From an uncultured Acidobacteriota bacterium (GTDB lineage Bacteria > Acidobacteriota > Thermoanaerobaculia > Multivoradales > UBA5704), in the NCBI GenBank assembly GCA_963700145.1, contig OY969474.1, positions 4,512,001 through 4,576,000 on the forward strand: a stretch of DNA of 64,000 nucleotides, written 5' to 3'. The translations under genes were made by a program, and so were the position numbers. Below the pieces are notes generated by a model, which made no database searches, was not told the DNA's origin, and worked only from the letters and a program-made list of their open reading frames with translations. Positions 48,166 to 59,356 of the stretch are shown in pieces (position 1 is the first letter of the stretch; each line of letters starts with the position of its first letter).

Positions 48166-49275
48166 CTACATCAGCGCTCGGAGGCGCTCGGCCAGTTGCT
48201 CGGCGTCGCGAGGTCGAAGGGTCGAGTCAGGCGCAAACGCCGTCTTGAAGTACCTCGTCAGGCCCGAGGAGCAGGTCGGAAGTCGCTCAGTGAGAGGGAT
48301 CGCGCGGGACTCGACGATCCTCGCTGCAAGCTCTTCTGGGCTGCCGCCCTCGAACGGGCGGCGTCCGGTCAGGACTTCATAGAAGACCACGCTGAGCGCC
48401 CAGAGATCGAAAGAGGGATGAGCACGCTGGTGGCCGTGCGCCTCGGGCGAGAGGTAGGCGGGTGTGCCCACGACCACGTGCCCGGAGATGCCCGACATCG
48501 TTGCCTCGCGTTCCAGCCGCGCCAAGCCGAAGTCGAGGAGCTTCAGGTCGCCGGCGCTATTCAAGGCGATGTTGCGCGGTTTGATGTCGCGGTGGACGAC
48601 GCCGGCCTTGTGGAGGCAGCCGACGACCTCGGTGACCTGGAGCATCACCTCGATCGCCTCGTCGAGCGGCATCGGGATGCGCTCGGCCAGCGTGCCCCCG
48701 TCGACGAACTCCATGATGATCATCGGCGTGCCGCGATAGACCTTGAAGCCGAAGACCGTTGCGAGATTCCGGTGCGAGACTGCGGCGAGGGTCTGGGCTT
48801 CGCGCCGCAGGCGGGCGATGTCGTTCGGCGAGCACACGGTCGGCAGCGTCTTGACCGCAACGCGGCGGCCAAGCGAGAGATCGAGCGCCTCATAGACGAC
48901 GCCGGATCCGCCTTTGCCGATCCGCCGCTCGAACTGGAGCCGACCGGGGATGGCTTTCGGGACGAGGCTCGGCGTCAGCGCGGCGCCGCAGCGGCTACAG
49001 AAGTGGTGCTCGGCCGAGTAGACCCAGCCGCCGCACCCGCACTCGTTGCCGACCGGCACTTGGTCGAAGCTGTCCGGCAAGTCCGGCGTGACGCGATACT
49101 CGGCGCGCTCCTCGGCGATCTCCGAGTGGACGGCCTCAGCCATGCGAACCAGAGCTTCCGCGACTCGCTCGCGGTCGATGCCGTCACCGAGACACCTGTC
49201 CACGGCCCGCCGCAGGTAGCGATTCGCCGCGACGGAGCCTGCCTGCTCTGCTTTCGTGTCTTCGGTGGACTCCAT
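48166..49275 (-). CDS. Cytoplasmic Hanks-type Ser/Thr protein kinase with an N-terminal Cys cluster
   Basis: IGKGGSGVVY, VAVK, HRDIKPRN, DFGLA and GTPAYLSPE; ECGC..CSRC precedes the kinase domain; no TM segment seen. Confidence 0.9.
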   Translation of the reverse strand: MESTEDTKAEQAGSVAANRYLRRAVDRCLGDGIDRERVAEALVRMAEAVHSEIAEERAEYRVTPDLPDSFDQVPVGNECGCGGWVYSAEHHFCSRCGAALTPSLVPKAIPGRLQFERRIGKGGSGVVYEALDLSLGRRVAVKTLPTVCSPNDIARLRREAQTLAAVSHRNLATVFGFKVYRGTPMIIMEFVDGGTLAERIPMPLDEAIEVMLQVTEVVGCLHKAGVVHRDIKPRNIALNSAGDLKLLDFGLARLEREATMSGISGHVVVGTPAYLSPEAHGHQRAHPSFDLWALSVVFYEVLTGRRPFEGGSPEELAARIVESRAIPLTERLPTCSSGLTRYFKTAFAPDSTLRPRDAEQLAERLRALM

Positions 49276-49289
49276 CCCTCGCTCTGAAC

Positions 49290-49319
49290 TTGAACTCTGA
49301 ACAAAAGTCCCCGTATGCT
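49290..49319 (+). promoter_or_regulatory. Putative sigma70-type promoter
   Basis: TTGAAC-18 nt-TATGCT, 37 nt upstream of ATG 49357; CTCTGAAC direct repeats at 49282 and 49295. Confidence 0.4.
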
Positions 49320-49356
49320 AAGAGTCTTGGGGGGAGTTGTCCACACCCTGACTGTC

Positions 49357-49947
49357 ATGAAGACCACACATTCTGACCCCCTGGCCCTGGAGGAGATCGC
49401 CGCCGTGCTGCGCGCTGCGCGCGAGGGTCGCCACGGCGTGCGCGACCACGCGATGCTCCTGACCCTCTATCACCACGGTCTGCGCGTAAGCGAGCTCTGC
49501 CGGCTGACTCTTCCCGACCTCGACCTCGGGAGTCGGAGGCTGTGGGTGGAGCGACTCAACCGAGGCCGCTCGGGCGTGCATCCGATACCCGACGACGAGG
49601 CGCGGGCGCTCGCCGCTTACCTCGCCGAGCGTGAGGACCAAGGCACGTTGAATCTCTCGGCGCTGTTCCTCAACGAGCGTCGGGCAACGCTCAGCCGCAA
49701 CGCGGTGTACTACCTGGTGCGTCGTGCCGGCGAGGCCGCCGGGCTCGAGCGCCCGTTGTTTCCACACCTTCTACGCCGCTCGACCGGCTCGAAGCTCGTC
49801 GGCGAGGGGCATGACGTTCGACTCGTTCAGGACTATCTCGGCTTGCGTTCCGCTCGCAGCGTGCTCCGGTTCATCGGCGAGGCACCGCCGGACAACCCGA
49901 ACGGCGAGCGGTTCACGGCACTTTGGGGGGAGGCAGGAGGAGGATGA
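49357..49947 (+). CDS. FimB/FimE-like tyrosine recombinase homologue with a degenerate active site
   Basis: RDHAMLLTLYHHGLRVSEL, PHLLRRS and GHDVRLVQDYLGL..SVLRF; the expected catalytic K, LGH His and Tyr are replaced by N, L and F. Confidence 0.8.
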   Translation: MKTTHSDPLALEEIAAVLRAAREGRHGVRDHAMLLTLYHHGLRVSELCRLTLPDLDLGSRRLWVERLNRGRSGVHPIPDDEARALAAYLAEREDQGTLNLSALFLNERRATLSRNAVYYLVRRAGEAAGLERPLFPHLLRRSTGSKLVGEGHDVRLVQDYLGLRSARSVLRFIGEAPPDNPNGERFTALWGEAGGG

Positions 49948-50609
49948 CGGATCGACCACTGAATCCGCTGAAACTCGCCGCGACGCTGCACTGGAATCCA
50001 GAGGACCGGGTGACGCCGCGGGACCTGGACTCGAAGCGCGTGCTCGACCACTGGCTCCAGCAGATCGAGCACTTCGACCCGATCTTCGCTCCCGAGTACG
50101 TCGAGGCACCGGCGCTGCTCTCGGAGCTGTTCATCGAGGAGACGGGCCACGCCGGCCGCATGGAGCGCGTCGACGAGGACAATCGGTTCCATCACTGGGG
50201 GCTCTGTCAGCACTTGCTGGCCGAATCCCAGCGCTCGGCTGCTTCCAGCGCCGTCCTGTCGCGCGACCTGAGCGAGCTGGCGGTCGCCGTTGCAATGCGC
50301 CTCGATCCCGGGCACTATCACCTGAGCTGGACCGAGGATCTTCGCGCCAAGGCGTGGTGCGTTCACGCGGGAGCGTGGCGCCGCCTGAACCGGCTCGAGG
50401 ACGCCGCGGTCGCCATGGGCGAGGCCCAGAAGCACGCCCGGGCGGGGACCTCGAGCGCCGAGCTCGCGGCACGGATCGAGAAGACCGAGATGAGCTTGAA
50501 CTGGCGGGTCGACAGCAAGAGGTGGAATGGAAGCGCGTGCGCTTCGATGGGCGCGACCTTGCCGGTCGTCGTTGCCGACGATCCTTCCTCGCACTCCAGG
50601 GTCTCTTGA
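49944..50609 (+). CDS. Hypothetical alpha-helical (TPR-like) protein
   Basis: ATGA overlap and GGAGG RBS; helical repeat motifs RFHHWGLCQHLL and DLRAKAW..AWRR. Confidence 0.6.
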   Translation: MTDRPLNPLKLAATLHWNPEDRVTPRDLDSKRVLDHWLQQIEHFDPIFAPEYVEAPALLSELFIEETGHAGRMERVDEDNRFHHWGLCQHLLAESQRSAASSAVLSRDLSELAVAVAMRLDPGHYHLSWTEDLRAKAWCVHAGAWRRLNRLEDAAVAMGEAQKHARAGTSSAELAARIEKTEMSLNWRVDSKRWNGSACASMGATLPVVVADDPSSHSRVS

Positions 50610-50614
50610 CGGAG

Positions 50615-51019
50615 ATGGCGCGTCCGCGGTCGAACGAGCGCCCGAAGGCACGGGCCAAGGCGATGCCGGAGAAGCCGCTCTCCCCAGCGGAGTGGCGCAT
50701 CATGCAGTCGTGCTGGAAGCTCGGCCGCACGACGATCCGCGACATCCTGCTCGACATCGCCGACCGGCCGCCGGCCATGTCGTACAGCATGATCCACATG
50801 CTCCTCACACGAATCGTCGAGAAGGGCTACCTCGCGCTCGAGCAGGATCGCGGCAACAACTACTACGCCGCGGCCGTCGAGCGCGACAGCATCGTCCGCC
50901 TCGCGGCCGAGGACTTCATCGACAACACCCTCGCCGGCGAAGCCAAGAACCTCGAGATCCTCAACGAGGTTCTCGCCGAGCGCAAGGCGGCTCGCCCGCG
51001 CGGGCGCAAGGCAACCTAG
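50615..51019 (+). CDS. BlaI/MecI/CopY family transcriptional regulator
   Basis: LSPAEWRIMQSCW..TIRDI..SYSMIHMLLTRIVEKGYL..YYAAAV winged-helix pattern. Confidence 0.85.
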   Translation: MARPRSNERPKARAKAMPEKPLSPAEWRIMQSCWKLGRTTIRDILLDIADRPPAMSYSMIHMLLTRIVEKGYLALEQDRGNNYYAAAVERDSIVRLAAEDFIDNTLAGEAKNLEILNEVLAERKAARPRGRKAT

Positions 51020-51311
51020 GGGGCCGTTCACTACGGTGGTTGCCTTGGTGCGCTCGAATCTCTACAATTGTTGAGATCGACGACCGAGGACGGTCGCTGG
51101 CGACGCCGGTTGGCGAATCGCGGAAGGCGGACGTGCCCCCGGGTGTCAACATCCGTTGAACTTAGACGTGTCGGGAGTAGAATGCTCACCGTAGTCCGAT
51201 GCCGCGAGATTCTCGGCGCCGATTGCCGGCTGACCGACGCCGAAGTCGAGAAGCTGCGCGACTTCGTCTACGGCTTTGCGGACATCGCGCTGAGGATCGC
51301 CAGGGAGAGTC

Positions 51312-52910
51312 ATGACGCAGGACGGAGCTGGAACCCTCAACGGCGGCGCTGGGAAGAGCGCCAAGCGGAGCGCCGCCCGGGCGGTGGTCTACTGCCGGGT
51401 GTCCAGCCACGAGCAGCTCAAGGGCCTGAGTCTGGAGACGCAGTCGAAGGCCTGCATCGACTACTGCCGTTCCCAGGGGATGGAAGTGGCGGAAGTCTTC
51501 GTGGAGCGGGCCGAGTCGGCGAGCACGACCGACCGGACGCAGCTCCAGCGGATGCTGACCTACTGCCGGACGCACCGGGGGCGGATCCACTTCCTGGTGG
51601 TCTACATGCTGGACCGCTTCGCGCGGAACCAGTACGACCACCACGCTTTGAAGGCCCACCTGCAGAAGCTCGGGATCACGCTGCGGGCGGTCGCTCAGCC
51701 GATCGACGACTCGTCGACCGGGAAGCTGATGGACGGCATCCTGGCGGCGTTCAACGAGTTCGACAACAACGTCCGACGGGAACGCTGCGTCACGGGGATG
51801 CAGGCGGCGGCGAGCAAGGGACGCTGGGTGTTCCCGCCGCCGCTCGGCTATCGAATCGCGCTGAAGGCTGACGGCGCGAAGACGATCGAGCCGGACCCCG
51901 AGGCGGCTCCTCTGGTCCGCCACGCTTTCGCGATGGCGGCCTCCGGCCTCCACAGCGTCGCCGACATCCTGCGCGAGGTGCGGCGCCGTGGCCTCACGGG
52001 CCGGCGGGGGGCAACGCTGTCGAGCACGATGATGCACAAGATCCTGCGCAAGACGGTCTATCAGGGCCGCGTCGTGGTCGAGGAGTGGGGCATCGACGTC
52101 GCGGGCGACTTCGAGCCCCTCGTCGACGCGGAGACCTTCCTGTTGGCGCAGGCTGGGCGCGATGTCAAACGCCAGCCGATCGCCGGCTATCAGCGCAACC
52201 ACCCGGACTTTCCGCTGCGTCGTTTCGTGCGTTGTGGTCACTGCTCCCGGCCCCTGACCGGCGCCTGGTCGAAGGGGAAGCGGGCGCGCTACGCCTACTA
52301 CAACTGCCCAGGTTGCCGCCGGATCAACGTTCCGCAGCAGCAGTTCGAGGCGCGCTTTGTCGAGCTCCTGGACCGCCTCAGTCCTCGGCCCGAGGTGCTG
52401 CGGCTACTCTCCGCCGCCGTGCTCGAGCGCTGGAACGAGGAGCAGAAGGGTGTCGTCGAGAAGCGGCGGGCGATCGAGCAGCGGCTCGAAGTGCTTCAAC
52501 AGCGCAAGGAGCGGGTCGTGAGCGCCTACCTCTACGAGGGCGCGATCGACAAGGAGACCTACCAGTCCCACATGGCGCGGGTCGAGGAGGAGCTGACGCT
52601 CGCCAAGATCGACCGCCACGACGCCGAGATCGACGAGTTCGACATCGAGGGCACCCTGGCGTTCGCCGAACACCTGGTCACCCACTCGAGTCGCCTTTGG
52701 ATTGAGGCTGCGCTGGATCAGCGGCAGCGGCTGCAGAAGCTGTTTTTCCCGGAAGGTCTCAGCTTCGACGGCGAAGAATTTCGAACACCCCTAACATGTC
52801 CATTTTTCAACAACATCGAGGGGACTTCCCAACAGGTGAGTGAAATGGTGGAGCAGAAGGGATTCGAACCCTCGACCCCCACGTTGCGAACGTGGTGCTC
52901 TCCCAGCTGA
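51312..52910 (+). CDS. Large serine recombinase (integrase)
   Basis: VVYCRVSS (catalytic Ser), LDRFARN, PPLGY, recombinase domain, CGHC..CPGC zinc ribbon and coiled coil; the last codons are antisense to the tRNA. Confidence 0.93.
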   Translation: MTQDGAGTLNGGAGKSAKRSAARAVVYCRVSSHEQLKGLSLETQSKACIDYCRSQGMEVAEVFVERAESASTTDRTQLQRMLTYCRTHRGRIHFLVVYMLDRFARNQYDHHALKAHLQKLGITLRAVAQPIDDSSTGKLMDGILAAFNEFDNNVRRERCVTGMQAAASKGRWVFPPPLGYRIALKADGAKTIEPDPEAAPLVRHAFAMAASGLHSVADILREVRRRGLTGRRGATLSSTMMHKILRKTVYQGRVVVEEWGIDVAGDFEPLVDAETFLLAQAGRDVKRQPIAGYQRNHPDFPLRRFVRCGHCSRPLTGAWSKGKRARYAYYNCPGCRRINVPQQQFEARFVELLDRLSPRPEVLRLLSAAVLERWNEEQKGVVEKRRAIEQRLEVLQQRKERVVSAYLYEGAIDKETYQSHMARVEEELTLAKIDRHDAEIDEFDIEGTLAFAEHLVTHSSRLWIEAALDQRQRLQKLFFPEGLSFDGEEFRTPLTCPFFNNIEGTSQQVSEMVEQKGFEPSTPTLRTWCSPS

Positions 52911-52921
52911 GCTACTGCCCC
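52846..52921 (-). tRNA. tRNA-Ala (anticodon CGC)
   Basis: GGGGCAGTAGCTCAGCTGGGAGAGCACCACGTTCGCAACGTGGGGGTCGAGGGTTCGAATCCCTTCTGCTCCACCA: 76 nt, G3:U70 pair, TTCGAA T-loop and encoded CCA. Confidence 0.96.
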
Positions 52922-53070
52922 ACGAGACGGGAGACCGGGCATTGTACCCGGCGCCTGCGCGACCCGGCAACTCGACGCACCGCGAGGCACGGTTCATGCT
53001 ACCGCTATCGGTACGGCCCGGAGGACGGGCCGTCCCGGACATCCCGAAGAACCAGATTGGAGGCTCGAAC

Positions 53071-53427
53071 ATGCCAGAGACATTCGGAGACACCGACACC
53101 CTGGGCGGCGGCGCGGCCGACGCCGCGGGTGCCGAAACGGCGGCCGGACGCGCCGACGGCGACGTGCTGACCGCCCGCGACAAGTTCCGCAAGGTGAGCG
53201 AAGAGGTGCGGCGCGGCGCCGAGGTGGCGCGCGAGCGCTACAACGACGCGGCCGAGAACCTCCGCCTCGGTTACGACAAGGTGCGGGTCCAGGCCAACGA
53301 CGTCGGCGGCCAGGTCAACACCTTCGTGCGCGACAACCCCGGCAAGGCGGTGCTGCTCGCCGCCGCCGCCGGTTTCCTGGTCGGGCTCGTGGTGCGCCGC
53401 GGCCGCGACGAGGAAGACGCCGACTGA
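53071..53427 (+). CDS. DUF883/ElaB-YqjD-like tail-anchored membrane protein
   Basis: GGAGG RBS; C-terminal FVRDNPGKAVLLAAAAGFLVGLVVRR motif. Confidence 0.75.
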   Translation: MPETFGDTDTLGGGAADAAGAETAAGRADGDVLTARDKFRKVSEEVRRGAEVARERYNDAAENLRLGYDKVRVQANDVGGQVNTFVRDNPGKAVLLAAAAGFLVGLVVRRGRDEEDAD

Positions 53428-53489
53428 CGACGCGTGAGGCGGGGCGGCCGGGGGGTCCCACCCGGCCGGCCGCCCCCCGGGAGACCTGC

Positions 53490-53729
53490 ATGGCGAGCGT
53501 GGAACAGCGATCGATGGTGGACGAGGTGCTCGACGAGCTCCTCCCCGAGGGGTTCGACTGGGAGCGGCTGGTGCGCAGCTACCCGCTGCCCGCCCTGCTG
53601 GCGGCGGCGGCCGGGGGCTTCCTCCTGGCCTACAGCCGCGGCCCTGCTATCATCGGCGGGCTCTCGGCCCTGGCGACCGCGCAGGTCGCCGACGCGGTCA
53701 AAGACGCGGTGGCCGAGCGGCTCTTCTGA
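53490..53729 (+). CDS. Small hypothetical membrane protein
   Basis: GGAG RBS; WERLVRSYPLPALLAAAAGGFLL hydrophobic segment resembling the neighbouring gene. Confidence 0.6.
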   Translation: MASVEQRSMVDEVLDELLPEGFDWERLVRSYPLPALLAAAAGGFLLAYSRGPAIIGGLSALATAQVADAVKDAVAERLF

Positions 53730-53804
53730 CGCGGTTCCCTCGCAGGCGGTGAGGCGGGCGGCCCGCGGCGCCGGGCGGCGACGCCCGCACCCCTTCGTCC
53801 CGCC

Positions 53805-54668
53805 TTGCGCACCATCTTCCACATCTCCGACGTCCACTTCGGGCCGCCGCACCGGCCCCGCATGGCCCAGGGGGTGCACGAGTTCATCGCCGCCCACAAG
53901 CCGGACGTCGTCGTCCTCTCCGGCGACCTGACCCAGCGGGCGCGCCCCGAGCAGTTCCGGCAGGCGCGCGAGTTCGTCGACCGCATCCCGGTCCCCACCC
54001 TCGTCGTCCCCGGCAACCACGACGTGCCGCTCTACCGCGTCTGGGAGCGGGCCCTCGACCCCTTCGGCGCCTACCGGCGGCACTTCGCCCCCGAGCTCGA
54101 GCCGATCTTCCGCGACGACGAGATGCTGATCGTCGGCATCAACACCGCCTACAACTGGACCTGGAAGGAGGGACGGATCACGCCGGCGCGCCTCTTGGAG
54201 GTGGGGGAGCTGCTGTCGGCGACGCCGGAGACGATCTTCAAGGTGGTCGTCGCCCACCACCACCTCATCCCGCCCCCCAACTTCGGCACCCAGCGGGTCT
54301 GCGCCAACGCCTACGAGGCGATCGACGTCTTCTCGAGCGCCGGGGTGGACCTGATCCTCTCCGGCCACCTCCACCAGGCCTACATCGGCAACTCCGAGGA
54401 GTTCTACCCCAAGGGGCGGCCGCCGGTCGTCATCCTCCACTCCGGCACCACGACCTCCGGCCGCGGCCGCGCCGGCGAGCGCGAGAAGAACACCTGCAAC
54501 TGGATCCGCCTGGACGGTAAGTCCATGGTGGCGTCGCACTTCCGCTGGCACGACGAACTGGGCCGCTTCGCCGAGCACAGCCGCCACTGGTACCCCCGCC
54601 AGGAGGTCCATCCCTACACCCTCGAGGGCCTTCAGGGGCAGGAGGGGGATCAGGACGATCCGCTATGA
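53805..54668 (+). CDS. Calcineurin-like metallophosphoesterase (CpdA/Icc-like)
   Basis: HISDVHFG, SGDLT, PGNHD, AHHH and SGHLH motifs. Confidence 0.88.
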   Translation: MRTIFHISDVHFGPPHRPRMAQGVHEFIAAHKPDVVVLSGDLTQRARPEQFRQAREFVDRIPVPTLVVPGNHDVPLYRVWERALDPFGAYRRHFAPELEPIFRDDEMLIVGINTAYNWTWKEGRITPARLLEVGELLSATPETIFKVVVAHHHLIPPPNFGTQRVCANAYEAIDVFSSAGVDLILSGHLHQAYIGNSEEFYPKGRPPVVILHSGTTTSGRGRAGEREKNTCNWIRLDGKSMVASHFRWHDELGRFAEHSRHWYPRQEVHPYTLEGLQGQEGDQDDPL

Positions 54669-54699
54669 TCCCCGCCACCTTCGGAGTGCAATCGCAGAC

Positions 54700-56753
<2,054 letters not shown>

Positions 56754-56757
<4 letters not shown>

Positions 56758-58046
56758 GGCGCGCCGCCGCGCCGGCCGCCGAGCTGGAAGTCCTCCACGG
56801 CCTCCCCGGGCACATCGCCGTCGAGCGGCTGGACAACGGGCTGACCGTCTGCCTGCTCGAGAACCGGCAGGCGCCGCTGGTCACCACCGCCCTCTGGTAC
56901 CGCGCCGGCACCCGCGACGAGGCGCCGGCGCTGGGGGGCACCGCCCACTTCCTCGAGCACATGATGTTCAAGGGCAGCCCGCGCTACGGCCCGGGCGAGA
57001 TCGACCGCCGCACCCAGGCCCTCGGCGGCGCCAACAACGCCTTCACCAGCCACGACGCCACCGCCTACTACTTCAACTTCGCCGCCGACCGCTGGGGCGA
57101 GGCGCTGGCGATCGAGGCCGACCGCATGGCCGCCCTGCTGCTCGACCCCGACGAGGTGGCGAGCGAGCGGCAGGTGATCCTCGAAGAGATCGCCATGTAC
57201 GACAGCGAGCCCTGGGACGCGCTGGAGATGGCGGTACAGCCGCGGCTCTTCGGCGGCCACCCCTACGGCCGCCCGGTGCTGGGGACGGCGGACGAGCTGG
57301 GCGCGATCGGCCGCGAGGAGCTGGCGGCCTTCCACGCCCGCTACTACCGGCCCGACAACGCCGTGCTGGTGGTGGCCGGCGACCTCGGCCCGGACGCCTT
57401 GGGCACGGTCGAGCGCGCCCTCGGCGGCCTCCCCGCCGGCGGCCACGGCCGCGCGCCGGCGACCGAGCCCGCCTACCCTGCGGCGCTCGACCGGCTGGAG
57501 CGGCGGAAGGGCGAGGTGCCGCGTCTCCTGCTCTCCCTGCCCGCGCCGCCCGGCGGCCACCCCGACCACGCGCCCCTCCGCCTCCTCGTCTCCCTCCTCG
57601 GCTCCGGCCGCACCAGCCGCCTGCAGCGCGCCCTGGTCGACGAGGGGCAGCTCTGCGTCTGGGTCTCGGCCGACCTCTCGGAGAACCAGGGGCCGGGGCA
57701 GGTCACCCTGGGCGCCGAGGTTGTGCCCGGCGCCGAGCCGGCGGTGGTCGAGGCCGAGCTGCTGCGCCAGCTCGCCCTCCTCGCCGGCGAGCCGCCCGGC
57801 GCCGAGGAGCTGGCGCGGGCCAAGCAGGTGGCGCTCGCCGACTGGGTCTTCGGCCACGAGCGGGTCCACCAGCAGGCGCTGGCCGCCGGCTTCGCGCTCG
57901 CCCTCTTCGACCTCGAGCACCTCGAGCGCGAGCTGGAGCGGCTGAGCGCGGTCGGCCCCGAGCGGCTCCTCGATGTCGCCGACCGCTACCTCCGCCCCGA
58001 GCGCGGCGGCGTCCTCGGCTGGTCGCTTCCGAGGTCGGCGGCGTGA
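56754..58046 (+). CDS. M16 family zinc peptidase, catalytic subunit
   Basis: GTAHFLEHMMFKG (HxxEH), NAFTSHDAT and ERQVILEE. Confidence 0.92.
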
Positions 58047-59356
58047 GCGGCGGCCGGGCGAGCGACGAGCGGGCGGCCGCCGGAGTCGTCGCCGCCGAGG
58101 CGGAGCGGGTGGCCGCCCCGGCGCTCCACCCGGCCGAGCGGCTGGGCCTGCGGGTGAAGCGCGTCGAGGGGGCGCCGGTCGTGGCGGTGCGGGTCTGGGT
58201 GCGGTCGGGGGCGCGTGTCGAGACGGTCCCCGGCCAGGCGCTGATCACCGGGCGGATGCTCGCCGAGGGCACCCGCCGGCGCGACTGGCGGCGGATCGCC
58301 GACGAGGCCGAGGCGCGCGGCATGATCGTGGCGAGCTTCGGCGGCTTCGAGCTGCACGGGGTGGCGATCGACGCCCTGGCGCAGGACTGGGAGCTGGGCC
58401 TGGAGTGGGCGGCGGAGCTGCTGCTCGAGCCCTCGTTCCCCGAGGACCGCACCGCCTGGCTGGCGCGGCAGGCGGCGGCCGAGCTGGAGAGCCTGGCCGA
58501 CCAGCCGGAGGTCAGGACTGCCTGGGGTTTCAACGAGCAGCTCTACGCGCCGCACCCGCGCAGCCGGCCGGTGCAGGGGGACGCCGCGAGCCTCCTCGCG
58601 CTCACCTCCGCCGACCTCGCGGTCTTCCACCGCCACGCCCTGGGCGGGCGCGTGGTGCTGACCGTCGCCGGGCGGCTGGACCGCGAGGCCGTCGAGCGGC
58701 GGGCGCGCGAGCTCTTCGCCGACCTGCCCGCCGCCTCCCCGGCTTGGCCGGAGCCGCCGCCGCCGGACGGCCGCGCCGCCCCGCGCCGGGTGGTGGAGGT
58801 CGAGGCGGAGGAGCAGGCGCACCTCTACATGGGCCACTTGACCGTGCCGCGCCGGCACCCGGACTACGCGGCGCTGGAGCTGCTGGCCGTGGTGCTCGGC
58901 TCGGGCTCCGGGCTCACCGGCCGCATCCCCACCCGCATCCGCGAGCGCGAAGGGCTGGCCTACAGCGCCCACGCCCAGGTCGTCGCCGGCGCCGGCCTCG
59001 ACCCGGGACGGCTGGTGGCCTACGTCGGCACCGCGCCGGCCCACGCCGCCCGGGCCGAACAGGGGGTCGCCGAGGAGCTGCGCCGGCTGGTCGACGACGG
59101 GATCGAGGAGAGCGAGCTCGAGGAAGCGCGGGCCTACCTGCTCGGACGCGAGCCCTTCCGCCGCGAGACTGCGCGGCAGTGGGCCGACCTGATGGCCGAG
59201 GCCGAGCACTACGGGCTGCCGCTCGAGGACGCCGCGTGGCGGGCCGCGCGCTTCGCGGAGCTGGACCGCCCGGCGGTCGAGGCCGCCGCACGCCGCCACC
59301 TGCGCCCGGACGAGCTGAAAGTGACCCTGGGACTGCCGGAAGGAGACGCCGGATGA
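58043..59356 (+). CDS. M16 family peptidase, non-catalytic subunit
   Basis: M16 fold motifs with RIREREGLAYS and no HxxEH; GTGA overlap with the catalytic subunit. Confidence 0.88.
   Translation: MSGGRASDERAAAGVVAAEAERVAAPALHPAERLGLRVKRVEGAPVVAVRVWVRSGARVETVPGQALITGRMLAEGTRRRDWRRIADEAEARGMIVASFGGFELHGVAIDALAQDWELGLEWAAELLLEPSFPEDRTAWLARQAAAELESLADQPEVRTAWGFNEQLYAPHPRSRPVQGDAASLLALTSADLAVFHRHALGGRVVLTVAGRLDREAVERRARELFADLPAASPAWPEPPPPDGRAAPRRVVEVEAEEQAHLYMGHLTVPRRHPDYAALELLAVVLGSGSGLTGRIPTRIREREGLAYSAHAQVVAGAGLDPGRLVAYVGTAPAHAARAEQGVAEELRRLVDDGIEESELEEARAYLLGREPFRRETARQWADLMAEAEHYGLPLEDAAWRAARFAELDRPAVEAAARRHLRPDELKVTLGLPEGDAG

Larger units (their letters stand above)
1..52845. mobile_element. 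Integrative element / defence island inserted at tRNA-Ala (left end outside the window)
   Basis: Serine integrase abuts the tRNA 3' end; parAB, ssb, radC, a DUF6094-like helicase and defence cargo are present; GC visibly rises right of the tRNA. Confidence 0.85.

Noticed and set aside
49357-49947. Active invertase or the island integrase
   Set aside because: The catalytic Tyr and His are missing, no flanking invertible repeat was seen, and an intact serine integrase sits at the att junction.
51156-51183. TTGAAC-16 nt-TAGAAT promoter for the integrase
   Set aside because: It overlaps the RBS and ATG of the short upstream ORF, so the two readings cannot be separated from sequence alone.
58043-59356. 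Second M16 gene lacking HxxEH as a pseudogene or novelty
   Set aside because: Catalytic plus non-catalytic subunit pairs are the normal M16B arrangement.
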